Of a stretch of DNA of 35,302 bases, positions 8,829-17,474 are shown one piece after another. This stretch comes from Lachnospiraceae bacterium. Its GTDB lineage: Bacteria; Bacillota; Clostridia; Lachnospirales; Lachnospiraceae. Under the pieces are notes generated by a model. That model was not told the origin of the DNA and searched no databases. It worked only from the letters and a program-made list of their open reading frames with translations. Both the position numbers and the translations under genes were made by a program. Numbering within the stretch: position 1 is the stretch's first letter; each line of letters starts with the position of its first letter. The stretch lies in NCBI GenBank assembly GCA_018053995.1, contig JAGPKJ010000013.1, positions 1 through 35,302 of the forward strand. The letters run 5' to 3'.

Positions 8829-9791
8829 TTAAACTAGTTTTGCTCCACAATTGCCACAGAACTTTGCCCCATTTGTAGGCTGTCCACACTGCGGGCAGAA
8901 CTTAGGCGGCTGCCCTGATGATGTAACTGCTGCATCTGATGTCTGTCCCTGTCCCTTCTTCATCTGATCTACCATCTGCTGACCCATAGCCATTCCCATC
9001 TGCATTCCTACCATGCTGGAAGCCATGTTATTTCCGCCATCTTTACCCATGCCGTCTGCAGCTGCTATCTGCTGATACTTATTAACATCACCGACCATTG
9101 CCTGACCGGCTGCCTTCTCCTGCATCTTTCTGACTTCTTCAGGATATGAGAAACTTTCGATCTTGAAATCTACAATACCGATACCGATCTTGCCAAGATC
9201 TGTGTTAAGATCCGTCTCAATACCCTTTGCGATCTGAGATGCATCAGCCTGAAGATTGAACATATCGCGTCCAGCCTTCGGAATCCAGCTCATAAGGAGC
9301 TGATCCACACTGGCATCCATACGTTCCTTGACATCATCGACTGTATATATGTCCTGAACCCCTGCCATCTTTTCAATAAGCAGATTTCTATCTACCACCT
9401 TGCAATTATATGTACCAAACGCACGGATTGGCATTCCGCCCGGAAGTCCCTGCGCCGGAATGTTCAGGGCATTCTTTGTTCCCCATTTTGCAAGAACGTC
9501 TTTTGTATTTATAAACATTACTTCTGCGCGAAGTGGTGTGTTAAATGCAAATTTAAAACTCTTAAGTGTTGTGAGAAAAGGAATTATCTGAGATTCAATA
9601 TCATAATTTCCCTCTTTCTCAAAAATGCCTTCCGTACATCCGTTATACATAAACACGGCATCCTGTCCGGGTCTGATAATAAGCTTGGAGCCCTTCTTTA
9701 TCTCCTGATTCTGCCATTTATATAGAAGAACACCGGGTTCACTCTCATTCCATTCGACCACGTTAGCGAACTGATTTCCTAAAAATCCCAT
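8829..9791 (-). CDS. SPFH/Band-7 domain protein, YdjI-like, with a C-terminal zinc ribbon
   Basis: N-terminus MGFLGNQFANVVEWNE is typical of YdjI-type SPFH proteins. C-terminal CPQCGQ...CGNCG zinc ribbon. RBS GGGAGG. Confidence 0.75.
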   Translation of the reverse strand: MGFLGNQFANVVEWNESEPGVLLYKWQNQEIKKGSKLIIRPGQDAVFMYNGCTEGIFEKEGNYDIESQIIPFLTTLKSFKFAFNTPLRAEVMFINTKDVLAKWGTKNALNIPAQGLPGGMPIRAFGTYNCKVVDRNLLIEKMAGVQDIYTVDDVKERMDASVDQLLMSWIPKAGRDMFNLQADASQIAKGIETDLNTDLGKIGIGIVDFKIESFSYPEEVRKMQEKAAGQAMVGDVNKYQQIAAADGMGKDGGNNMASSMVGMQMGMAMGQQMVDQMKKGQGQTSDAAVTSSGQPPKFCPQCGQPTNGAKFCGNCGAKLV

Positions 9792-9905
9792 TGTTTTCCT
9801 CCCTAATAGGTAAATATTATATTAATCGCATCACAATACACTTACTGCTCTTGACACTTGCATCATATAGTATATCATCCGTAAAGAAATGTGTCGACTC
9901 TAATT

Positions 9906-9947
9906 TTAGTCTGTCTTTGCACTATAATCTTAGTCTGTCTTTGCACT
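9906..9947. repeat. Tandem 24-nt duplication of the last codons of the DUF1836 gene
   Basis: TTAGTCTGTCTTTGCACT occurs at 9906-9923 and 9930-9947. The second copy encodes the C-terminal residues SAKTD plus the TAA stop of the DUF1836 gene. Confidence 0.6.
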
Positions 9948-10562
9948 TGTTTTTGCATTGGTCTTAGTACTGTCATCTTCGTTCATCATATCAAGTATTC
10001 TCTCGATGATCAGCTTTTTCATGTATACATCGTAGCTCATCATGCAGATCAAAGAAAACATCTGTAATTTATCCCGTTTGAATTCCGGAAATTCGTTAAA
10101 ATGCTTTCCCGCCCTTTCATACTGAGCAGTTATGTCTTTCTTTATATTAATGATCTCCTCCGGTTCTTCGGAAAAGACTGTTTTGTATATCGTCTCAAGA
10201 TCAGGTTCACTTCCCGTCTGAAAAGAATCACCCATGACCGGATCAAGTATCTGTCTTATATCTCCTAACGACAGTACACCTTTAAAATAATATATAAATA
10301 TGAGCATTATCATATGATCTTTTGAATACTTCTTCTTCTCCGGAGATGGAAGAAGGTGATTTTTTGCATAGTTATTGATCATCGTTTTTGTAAGAATCTT
10401 GTCTGTTTCAGGATTTCTGCTCGTTTCTTTCAGATGTTTATTCATAAACGAGGTAACCTGATCCATATACAGATCGATCCCTGGTATCTCTTCTGTATCA
10501 ATACAATGAAATCCATCCAGCTCCGACATTATATTTTCAATTATCTCTTCATTATCTTTCAT
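9930..10562 (-). CDS. DUF1836 family protein
   Basis: Motifs IPGIDLYMDQV...LTKTMINNYAKN..LLP...KKKYSKDHMIM, recalled from memory as DUF1836. Start placed at the third ORF codon (ATG) because AAAGGAA lies 7 nt upstream. Confidence 0.6.
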   Translation of the reverse strand: MKDNEEIIENIMSELDGFHCIDTEEIPGIDLYMDQVTSFMNKHLKETSRNPETDKILTKTMINNYAKNHLLPSPEKKKYSKDHMIMLIFIYYFKGVLSLGDIRQILDPVMGDSFQTGSEPDLETIYKTVFSEEPEEIINIKKDITAQYERAGKHFNEFPEFKRDKLQMFSLICMMSYDVYMKKLIIERILDMMNEDDSTKTNAKTSAKTD

Positions 10563-10745
10563 TGTCATTTCCTTTCGTTATATATACAGATCATCGTTTT
10601 AATGACTGTTGTAACACTCACATCAAAGTATATAGTTATTATTACTACATATCAAGTAAAACGTTGGCTCGCACATTAACAAACGTTGATTATCATTGAA
10701 TTTGCTCTCATGATATGGTATATTTGAAATGCTTTTAGGATTTAG

Positions 10746-10795
10746 TGCGTAAAAGCGGTGTTAATGTCAAAAGCAATTATCATACTATGATGCTT
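10746..10795 (-). repeat. Copy E (3-prime half) of the intergenic repeat family, positioned as the yerC promoter
   Basis: On the plus strand, ATGTCAAAAGCAATTATCATACTATGATGC matches the reverse complement of copies A and B. TATGAT at 10786-10791 lies 33 nt before the yerC ATG. Confidence 0.5.
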
Positions 10796-10824
10796 CATGT
10801 CATAATATTGGGAGGTTCATAATA

Positions 10825-11118
10825 ATGAACGATAAACTTAGAAACAAATCTGTAGACTATCTTTTTGATGCGATATTATCTTTAAAGAGTAAAGAGGAAT
10901 GTTATGATTTTTTTGAGGATCTGTGTACTGTAAACGAACTCCAGTCGCTTTCACAGCGGTTTGAAGTTGCGGAGATGCTCAAAGAAAAAAGGACTTATAT
11001 GGAGATTGCCCAGGAAACCGGAGCATCGACCGCAACTATCAGCCGCGTCAATCGTTCACTTAATTACGGTAATGATGGTTACTCACTTGTATTTGACAGA
11101 ATCAAAAAGAATAACTGA
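10825..11118 (+). CDS. yerC: YerC/YecD family TrpR-like protein
   Basis: Close match to B. subtilis YerC (LFDAILSL..EECY.FF.DLCTVNE.QSL.QR..VA.M......Y..I..E.GASTATISRV.RSL..GND.Y). RBS GGAGG. Confidence 0.8.
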   Translation: MNDKLRNKSVDYLFDAILSLKSKEECYDFFEDLCTVNELQSLSQRFEVAEMLKEKRTYMEIAQETGASTATISRVNRSLNYGNDGYSLVFDRIKKNN

Positions 11119-11121
11119 TAC

Positions 11122-11916
11122 TCACCCGTCTATCTTTGTAAGAGTCATCGGGTCAACATTTGCGCCATCTTTGCTGATCTGATATCCAAGTTGAACATTT
11201 GATTCACCTACTGTAAATAGAACTGAACCTCTTACAACCTTATCACCTTTTTTGATCATCGCATCTCCGGCATTGTAATACATTGATTTATACCCGTTCT
11301 CATGATCTATCGTTATAACAGTGCCATAATCCGCATTCGCTGCTATATCCTCTACGACTCCGTCCCCTGAAGCTATAACATTTGACCCGGCCGATGCCGT
11401 ATAGATAACCATCTTATTATCCCCCTCACTCGGCGCTGCTGCTGATGCTGAGAGCGGAAATCCTGTAGGTTCATGTGCTGACTGATCTTCAGCTTTCTCT
11501 TTATTCTCAGTCTTTGTCTTGATATTTACCGTATTACTAAGAGCAGTGATTTTCTGATCAAGTTCATCATTTTTCTCGGTCAGGTTCTTATTATCAGCAG
11601 TAAGGGTTTCATTCTTTCCTGTAAGTTCCTTTACTTCATTCTCCATTGTATGTGCATGGCTGGCACTTACTCCCCAACCTGCAGCAAGTACGATAATTAA
11701 AGCGATCACGCATGTAAGTATTATCTCTATCGCTGCCTGTCCGATTCCCATCTGTTTTATCATTCCATTCTTGGAATCAACAAACAGCATCATATGAAAA
11801 CCGGGACGTGTTTTCGATTCTTTGCTGACAGAATCTTTCTTATTTTTCTGATCAGTATCCGAAACCGGCTGTTCATTTTCCTTTTCTTTATCGTCATTTT
11901 TCATCTGATCATCCAT
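11122..11916 (-). CDS. Membrane-anchored coiled-coil protein with a degenerate M23/LytM domain
   Basis: TM helix IEIILTCVIALIIVLAAGWGV, then a coiled-coil, then a C-terminal M23 fold (DYGTVITIDHENGYKSMYYNAGDAMIKKGDKVVRGSV...). The HxxxD and HxH zinc-ligand motifs are missing; LGYQIS replaces HLHF. Confidence 0.65.
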   Translation of the reverse strand: MDDQMKNDDKEKENEQPVSDTDQKNKKDSVSKESKTRPGFHMMLFVDSKNGMIKQMGIGQAAIEIILTCVIALIIVLAAGWGVSASHAHTMENEVKELTGKNETLTADNKNLTEKNDELDQKITALSNTVNIKTKTENKEKAEDQSAHEPTGFPLSASAAAPSEGDNKMVIYTASAGSNVIASGDGVVEDIAANADYGTVITIDHENGYKSMYYNAGDAMIKKGDKVVRGSVLFTVGESNVQLGYQISKDGANVDPMTLTKIDG

Positions 11917-12079
11917 CGATCAAGATACCTCCTTGGTGATTTTCTTTTCTCGGCTTTCTCCATTCATTATCAAAATGGAAAAAGCTTCCTTAAAATACTG
12001 CATAAACACAGTTTAATATATCACATTTGTACAATATCGGCAATATACAGAAAAAATTATGAAATACTATAAATTTTTC

Positions 12080-12108
12080 TTTACATTTCTTTTTTGCTAT
12101 GGTATTGT
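12080..12108 (+). promoter_or_regulatory. Putative sigma-A promoter of the cold-shock gene
   Basis: TTTACA-17-TATTGT, about 50 nt upstream of the csp RBS. Confidence 0.4.
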
Positions 12109-12159
12109 TATTTCGTTGTAAGTAACATTAACTTTATTTTTTTTGGAGGTATTTGTAAG

Positions 12160-12366
12160 ATGAACAAAGGTACAGTTAAGTGGTTCAATAATCAGAAGGG
12201 TTATGGATTCATCTCAGACGAGAATGGCAAGGACGTATTCGTTCACTATTCAGGACTTAAGATGGACGGCTTCAAGTCTCTTGATGAAGGCGCTTCAGTT
12301 GAGTACGATGTAGTAAATGGCGAAAAAGGACCTCAGGCTGTTAACGTCGTAAAGATTGATGCCTGA
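12160..12366 (+). CDS. cspA: Cold shock protein (CspA family)
   Basis: [18 protein letters not shown]...VFVHYS is a canonical cold-shock domain. RBS GGAGG. The ORF-track start further upstream is not supported. Confidence 0.9.
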   Translation: MNKGTVKWFNNQKGYGFISDENGKDVFVHYSGLKMDGFKSLDEGASVEYDVVNGEKGPQAVNVVKIDA

Positions 12367-12455
12367 TCGAACCAAAACACAATAATCCGTATCACGATGT
12401 GCCTTTTCTATAGATATTGATAGATTGAGCAATAGCGTATGACAGATTAAAAGAA

Positions 12456-12488
12456 AGACCTATCGAATGATGGGTCTTTTTTTTTATA
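12456..12488 (+). terminator. Rho-independent terminator after csp, possibly bidirectional
   Basis: Stem AGACCUAUC/GAUGGGUCU (one G-U pair), GAAU loop, then a U-run of 9 or more. Confidence 0.7.
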
Positions 12489-12546
12489 AAAAAGTAATCA
12501 CATTTCACCAGCAATGTTGCACAGAACCCCGGATTACAATACTCAA

Positions 12547-13329
12547 TTACGAATACCTCTTCGTTCTTTTTATGATCTCATCAATATTCATATTGCCTCC
12601 AAACAAGTCAAGTGCGCTCCCGACAGTCACGTTTACGCGTCCCTTTCCAAGTCTTCCGATCATATCAATGTCATCATAACTGTGTATGCCGCCAGCATAT
12701 GTGATCTCTTTTCCACTATATTCTCCAAGTAATTCTGCAACGTTTGTCTCTATGCCGTTTGATTTTCCCTCAGCATCAGCTGCATGAACCAGATATCCAT
12801 CACAGTACTCTTCAAGTTTTTCAAACAATCCTGCTGTGATCACGGTATCCGTAAATTTCTGCCATCTGTCCGTCACTACATAATAATCTTCCTCACGTCG
12901 TCGGCAGCTAAGATCAAGTATAATGTGCTCTTTTCCAACTGCACTGCGTAATCTCTTCAGCTTTTCATATGATATTATACCGTCAGAAAAGACATAAGAT
13001 GTGACTATGACATGTGAGGCTCCGAGATCAATAAATGACTGCGCATTCTTATCATCTATCCCTCCTCCGATCTCAAGTTCACCGGGATATGATATAAGTG
13101 CTGCTTCCGCCTGTCTTTTCGAAGCTTCATAATATTCGCTACCTGATCCATTCAGAATTATCACATGACCGCCGCTAAGACCATGATCATGATAGATTCC
13201 CGCATAGTATTCCGCATCCTTCTGCGATACAAAATTCTCATGCGCGATATCTCCCTTATCATGTAACGATGAGCCGATTATCTGTTTGACTTTTCCATTA
13301 TGGATATCTATGCAGGGTCTGAATTCCAT
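12547..13329 (-). CDS. hisA: Eukaryotic-type HisA (His6 family), phosphoribosylformimino-AICAR-P isomerase
   Basis: Collinear similarity to yeast His6: CIDIHNGKVKQIIGSSL, HVIILNGSGSE, GGGIDDKN, LDLSCRRR...WQKFTD, LVHAADAEG, YAGGIHSYDD, SALDLFGG. ATG at 13327-13329 lies 1 nt after the fbp stop. The ORF-track start at 13347 is a TTG codon with no RBS. Confidence 0.8.
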   Translation of the reverse strand: MEFRPCIDIHNGKVKQIIGSSLHDKGDIAHENFVSQKDAEYYAGIYHDHGLSGGHVIILNGSGSEYYEASKRQAEAALISYPGELEIGGGIDDKNAQSFIDLGASHVIVTSYVFSDGIISYEKLKRLRSAVGKEHIILDLSCRRREEDYYVVTDRWQKFTDTVITAGLFEKLEEYCDGYLVHAADAEGKSNGIETNVAELLGEYSGKEITYAGGIHSYDDIDMIGRLGKGRVNVTVGSALDLFGGNMNIDEIIKRTKRYS

Positions 13330-13330
13330 G

Positions 13331-15289
13331 CTATTCACTCTTCTCAATAAGGCTGCCGTCTCTATATGCTTTCAGGAGATCTTCCAGTTGTGCTATACTT
13401 TCTCGTATCTCTGCACCTATATCCGTCTCTGCGATCTTTCGTCTGCGCGGATATGTTTCCACAAAATAAGAATCAGAAAGGATATCTGTCTCATTCTGTA
13501 TCGCCGATTCGGCAGAAACGAATTTTTCATGTGCTACAAGTCTGAGTCCATATGAACTTGATATAAGTGTATATCCGGCTGTCCCTGTTTTATCCTGATA
13601 TGCACGTGAAAAACCTCCATCTATTATAAGAAGCTTTCCATTACACTTGACTGGAGACTCTCCATTCTTTCTCTCTACCGGAACATGACCATTTACGATA
13701 TGCGAATGATCCGTATCAAGGCCAAACTCATTAAGAATGCTGTTGATTACGTTCTCATTATTCAGAAGCGCATAATAACTGTTCTTTACCTCTACATGTG
13801 TTTCCGGATCAGACACAAAATATCTTTCAAACGTGGCCATCTTATCCTTGCCGAAGACCGGTGAATCCGGTCCTGCCCAGATATACCACAGGATATCTTG
13901 CCCTTTCCTCTTTTCCTCCGGATCATGTGAATAGAATCCTCGACGTGCATAATGGTCAAGCACATCATACAATGCTTTCCCTGAATATTTCTCTCCCTCA
14001 ATGTTGACTGCCTTAAAACTTCCGTCATCATTCAGCGGTACGCACCCATGATATAACAGATTCGAATTGTAAACTTTATAAAGGCTTCCCTTTGAATAAA
14101 GGAACCTTATATCCTTCTGAAGTCTCTCGCTTCGTACAAATGAATGCCTGAGTTTATCGATCACTTCATTTTCTTCAGCCGAAAGTTCATATGGGTTTTC
14201 AGGGTCTAACGTCGGAAGGTCACAGTCGATCATGTCATACATCTTTCCGCCGATATTCACCTGTTTTCTCTGAATATCTATCTTGTCGAGAAGAAGTCTG
14301 TCATCCATGTTGAATTCCGGATGTCTCTTTATAAGCTGCCCTTCCAGTTTAAACTGTATTACGGATATGGCTTTATGCATCTTTTCGTCAAGATCAAGAC
14401 TCTTGGTATCATAATCGCTGTTATACTTAATTGCAAAAGCGCTGCAATCACTGTGCTTGTACGTCTTTAACGCAAATGTCGCAAGTGGTATAAGATTGAT
14501 TCCATACCCCTCTTCAAGTATATCGAGATTCCCATATCTGGCAGAAAATCTTACGACCGTTGCGATACACGCAAGGCTTCCGCAAGCAGCTCCCATCCAG
14601 ACAACATCATGATTTCCCCATTGGATATCAACCGAATGATAATGTCTGAGCGTTTCCATTATGATATGTGGCCCCGGTCCTCTGTCAAAGATATCTCCAA
14701 CGATATGAAGATGATCGATTACGAGCCTCTGAATCAGATTGCTGAGCGCTACTATAAGTTCAGGTGCTCTTCCTATCCTGATTATCGTCTCGATGATTGA
14801 ATTGTAGTATTCTTCCTTATCGACAAGCTCTTCCTTTTCAGTGATAAGTTCTTCTATGATATATGCAAAATCCTTCGGCAGAGCTTTTCTTACTTTTGAT
14901 CTTGTATACTTTGATGCTACCCTTTTGGTGATCTGGACGAGCCTGTGTATTGTTATCTTGTACCAATCGGATATGTTATCCTCATTCTGCATAACAATAT
15001 CCAGTTTCTCTTCAGGATAATAGATGAGTGTTGCAAGACTCTTTTTATCTTTCCCTGTCAACGTATTTCCAAACTCTTCCTCAATCTTACGTTTTACTGA
15101 ACCTGATCCATTCTTAAGAACATGATTAAACTGCTCATACTCTCCGTGAATATCAGTAAGAAAATGTTCAGTTGATTTAGGCAGATTGAGTATTGATTGA
15201 AGATTGATAATCTCAGTCGAAGCCGCGGCTATTGTTGGATACTGCTTAGAAAGACTCTTAAGAAACTTCAGTTCATCATTTTCATCCAT
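13331..15289 (-). CDS. fbp: Fructose-1,6-bisphosphatase class 3
   Basis: About 650 aa, N-terminus KFLKSLSKQYP...INLQSILNLPK.TEHF..D.HGEY, and a metallophosphatase core, matching the Firmicutes class-3 FBPase. Start placed at the ATG at 15287-15289; the ORF-track start at 15301 is a GTG codon. Confidence 0.85.
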   Translation of the reverse strand: MDENDELKFLKSLSKQYPTIAAASTEIINLQSILNLPKSTEHFLTDIHGEYEQFNHVLKNGSGSVKRKIEEEFGNTLTGKDKKSLATLIYYPEEKLDIVMQNEDNISDWYKITIHRLVQITKRVASKYTRSKVRKALPKDFAYIIEELITEKEELVDKEEYYNSIIETIIRIGRAPELIVALSNLIQRLVIDHLHIVGDIFDRGPGPHIIMETLRHYHSVDIQWGNHDVVWMGAACGSLACIATVVRFSARYGNLDILEEGYGINLIPLATFALKTYKHSDCSAFAIKYNSDYDTKSLDLDEKMHKAISVIQFKLEGQLIKRHPEFNMDDRLLLDKIDIQRKQVNIGGKMYDMIDCDLPTLDPENPYELSAEENEVIDKLRHSFVRSERLQKDIRFLYSKGSLYKVYNSNLLYHGCVPLNDDGSFKAVNIEGEKYSGKALYDVLDHYARRGFYSHDPEEKRKGQDILWYIWAGPDSPVFGKDKMATFERYFVSDPETHVEVKNSYYALLNNENVINSILNEFGLDTDHSHIVNGHVPVERKNGESPVKCNGKLLIIDGGFSRAYQDKTGTAGYTLISSSYGLRLVAHEKFVSAESAIQNETDILSDSYFVETYPRRRKIAETDIGAEIRESIAQLEDLLKAYRDGSLIEKSE

Positions 15290-15369
15290 GTGTAAGTCCA
15301 CCCCATAAATCTTGTTTTTTGCAAATAAAATACATTAGTTATCTTATTGTTTATAATAAGACCTGATGT

Positions 15370-16128
15370 TCATGCCCCTATAACATCAGACATATCATAC
15401 ATTCCCGGTTTCATGCCGCTTAAGAATTTTGCTGCACTGAGTGCGCCCTTTGCAAATATAGCACGTGAATATGCACGGTGTGAGAATGTAACAACTTCAT
15501 CTGTTCCCGCAAAGATGACATCGTGATCCCCGACTATCGTTCCGCCTCTCACAGAGGAAATACCTATTTCGTTCTTTGGGCGCTTTTCACGTCTCTCACT
15601 TCTATCGTAAACGTATCCGTACTTTTCATCAAGTGCATCATTCATCACATCCGCAAGTGCGACTGCCGTTCCACTCGGTGCATCAAGTTTCTGATTGTGA
15701 TGTTTTTCAACTATCTCGATATCGAATCCCGCTTCTGCAAATATCGGTGCCGCTTCCGCAAGTGCTTTCATTAGGACATTTATTCCAAGCGACATATTTG
15801 AAGAACGTAGGATTGCTACTTTTTCAGATGCTTTCTTTACTTTTCCGATCTGCTCATCGTTAAGACCTGTTGTGCAGACAACGCATGGAATCTTCTTATT
15901 TACACAGAAATCCATAAGTGTGTCTATTGCAGCCGGATTGCTGAAATCAATTACAGCGTCGGCTTCCAGGGTACATTCCGATACAGAAGAAAATACCGGA
16001 TAACTGTTATGTCCATCATCTCTGGCATCTACGCCTGCAACTACCTCAAGCGTTTCATCTTCCGCCGCCATCTGAGTAATGAACTGACCCATACGGCCAT
16101 TGCAGCCGTTGATTATTATTTTTGTCAT
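15370..16128 (-). CDS. dapB: 4-hydroxy-tetrahydrodipicolinate reductase
   Basis: MTKIIINGCNGRMGQ Rossmann N-terminus and DapB core. RBS GGAGG. Confidence 0.9.
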   Translation of the reverse strand: MTKIIINGCNGRMGQFITQMAAEDETLEVVAGVDARDDGHNSYPVFSSVSECTLEADAVIDFSNPAAIDTLMDFCVNKKIPCVVCTTGLNDEQIGKVKKASEKVAILRSSNMSLGINVLMKALAEAAPIFAEAGFDIEIVEKHHNQKLDAPSGTAVALADVMNDALDEKYGYVYDRSERREKRPKNEIGISSVRGGTIVGDHDVIFAGTDEVVTFSHRAYSRAIFAKGALSAAKFLSGMKPGMYDMSDVIGA

Positions 16129-16196
16129 TTACCCAACCTCCGAATTATATTTAAATGATACGAATCGCAGCTACAATCCTGCAAATATTCATATCA

Positions 16197-17081
16197 TCAG
16201 ATGAGTCCGTAGTCTTTAAGTGATTTTGTAAGTCTTTCCTTATCCGCCTCATTCATCGGTGACATCGGCATACGAAGCGGTCCGACTTCTTTTCCCATAA
16301 TATTGAGCGCTGTCTTTACCGGGATAGGATTGACTTCGCAGAAAAGAGAATCTATAAGATCTATCGCCTCAAGCTGAGCTCTGCATGCGCCTTTGGTATC
16401 ACCTGCAAAGAACTTTGCGCAGATTTCATGTGTCTTCTTTGGTGCCACATTCGCAAGAACCGAGATGACTCCAAGTCCGCCAAGTGACATGATCGGCACT
16501 GCCTGATCATCATTGCCTGAGTAAAGATCCACGCAGCCGTCAGCAAGTGACATGATCTTTGCGATCTGTGAGATATTGCCGCTTGCTTCTTTTACACCTA
16601 CGATATTTTTTACGTCGCGGCACAGTCTTACAAGTGTCTGCGGAAGGATATTACATCCGGTACGGCTTGGTACATTATAAAGGATGATCGGCTTTATAGT
16701 GCTGTCCGCTATCGCCTTAAAATGATCATACAAGCCATCCTGCGTCGCCTTATTATAATAAGGTGTCACTACAAGAAGACCATCAACTCCATACGATGAT
16801 GCCTGCTGTGAAAGAAAGATGGCTGTCCTTGTGCAATTTGAACCCGTTCCGGCAATGACCGGGACACGTCCTGCAACTTTATCGACACAATACTTTATCA
16901 CTTTCAGATGCTCTTCCTCCGTAAGTGTCGCTGCCTCTCCGGTAGTTCCGCATACTATGATCGCATCTATGGAGCCTTCTATCTGTTCTTCAATGAATTC
17001 GCCAAATTTGTCATAATTTACACTTCCGTCCTCGTTAAATGGAGTTATGATTGCAACTCCTGCACCCTTGAATATAGCCAT
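16197..17081 (-). CDS. dapA: 4-hydroxy-tetrahydrodipicolinate synthase
   Basis: GVAIITPF...DAIIVCGTTGEAATLT...K(161) DapA-family motifs, 294 aa. Confidence 0.9.
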   Translation of the reverse strand: MAIFKGAGVAIITPFNEDGSVNYDKFGEFIEEQIEGSIDAIIVCGTTGEAATLTEEEHLKVIKYCVDKVAGRVPVIAGTGSNCTRTAIFLSQQASSYGVDGLLVVTPYYNKATQDGLYDHFKAIADSTIKPIILYNVPSRTGCNILPQTLVRLCRDVKNIVGVKEASGNISQIAKIMSLADGCVDLYSGNDDQAVPIMSLGGLGVISVLANVAPKKTHEICAKFFAGDTKGACRAQLEAIDLIDSLFCEVNPIPVKTALNIMGKEVGPLRMPMSPMNEADKERLTKSLKDYGLI

Positions 17082-17114
17082 AATGCTCCTTTCCGCGGTA
17101 TTTTCCGCACTTTA

Positions 17115-17336
17115 CAGGTAAAAAATAACCGGCTTCCTAGAGGCCGGCATAATAGTTGTATCCAACTAAATGATAGCGCCCCATCAGAAACTGATGACAG
17201 TCATACATCTGTTCGGTGTATGCCCAAGCAACAGGAATCCCGAATTCCTGTCCTTTCGGCGCGTCAGCCTTTCCATCTCCATCAACTGTCTCGGATACAT
17301 CCAAAGAAGTACTCTTTTGACACGCAACCTCTATCT
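17115..17336 (-). ncRNA. Lysine riboswitch (L-box) with an intrinsic terminator, leader of dapA-dapB
   Basis: The minus strand reads AGAGGTTGCGTGTCAAAAGAGTACTTC...GGAGATGGAAAGGCTGACGCGCCGAAAGGACAGG...TGACTGTCATCAGTTTCTGATGGGGCGCTATC. This aligns with the B. subtilis lysC L-box (AGAGGTGCGAAC..., GAAAGGGGAGCGTCGCCGAAG, GGCTGTCAAG...TGGAGGGCTATC). A terminator CCGGC-N9-GCCGG followed by a U-run lies at 17122-17150. Confidence 0.75.
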
Positions 17337-17386
17337 AATATTCTATTCCAATTTCAGAAGACTTATTATCTTCTGAAACCTTTATC

Positions 17387-17415
17387 ATCGTATCACCGGT
17401 GTAAATCCATGTCAA
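17387..17415 (-). promoter_or_regulatory. Putative sigma-A promoter driving the lysine riboswitch and dap operon
   Basis: Minus-strand TTGACA-17-TACGAT, about 50 nt upstream of the start of riboswitch P1. Confidence 0.5.
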
Positions 17416-17474
17416 CACTGCATATTAATTCTATCATTTTCGTTCCGCTCATTTGCAGGCTTATCATAAACTGG

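Noticed and set aside
13792-14031. Antisense and nested ORFs inside fbp, typA (18208-18966, 18267-18794), pcrA (7582-8394), dapA (16908-17588), addB and glgP
   Set aside because: They overlap strongly supported genes on the opposite strand or in another frame, have low-complexity composition, and carry no RBS. They are six-frame artefacts.
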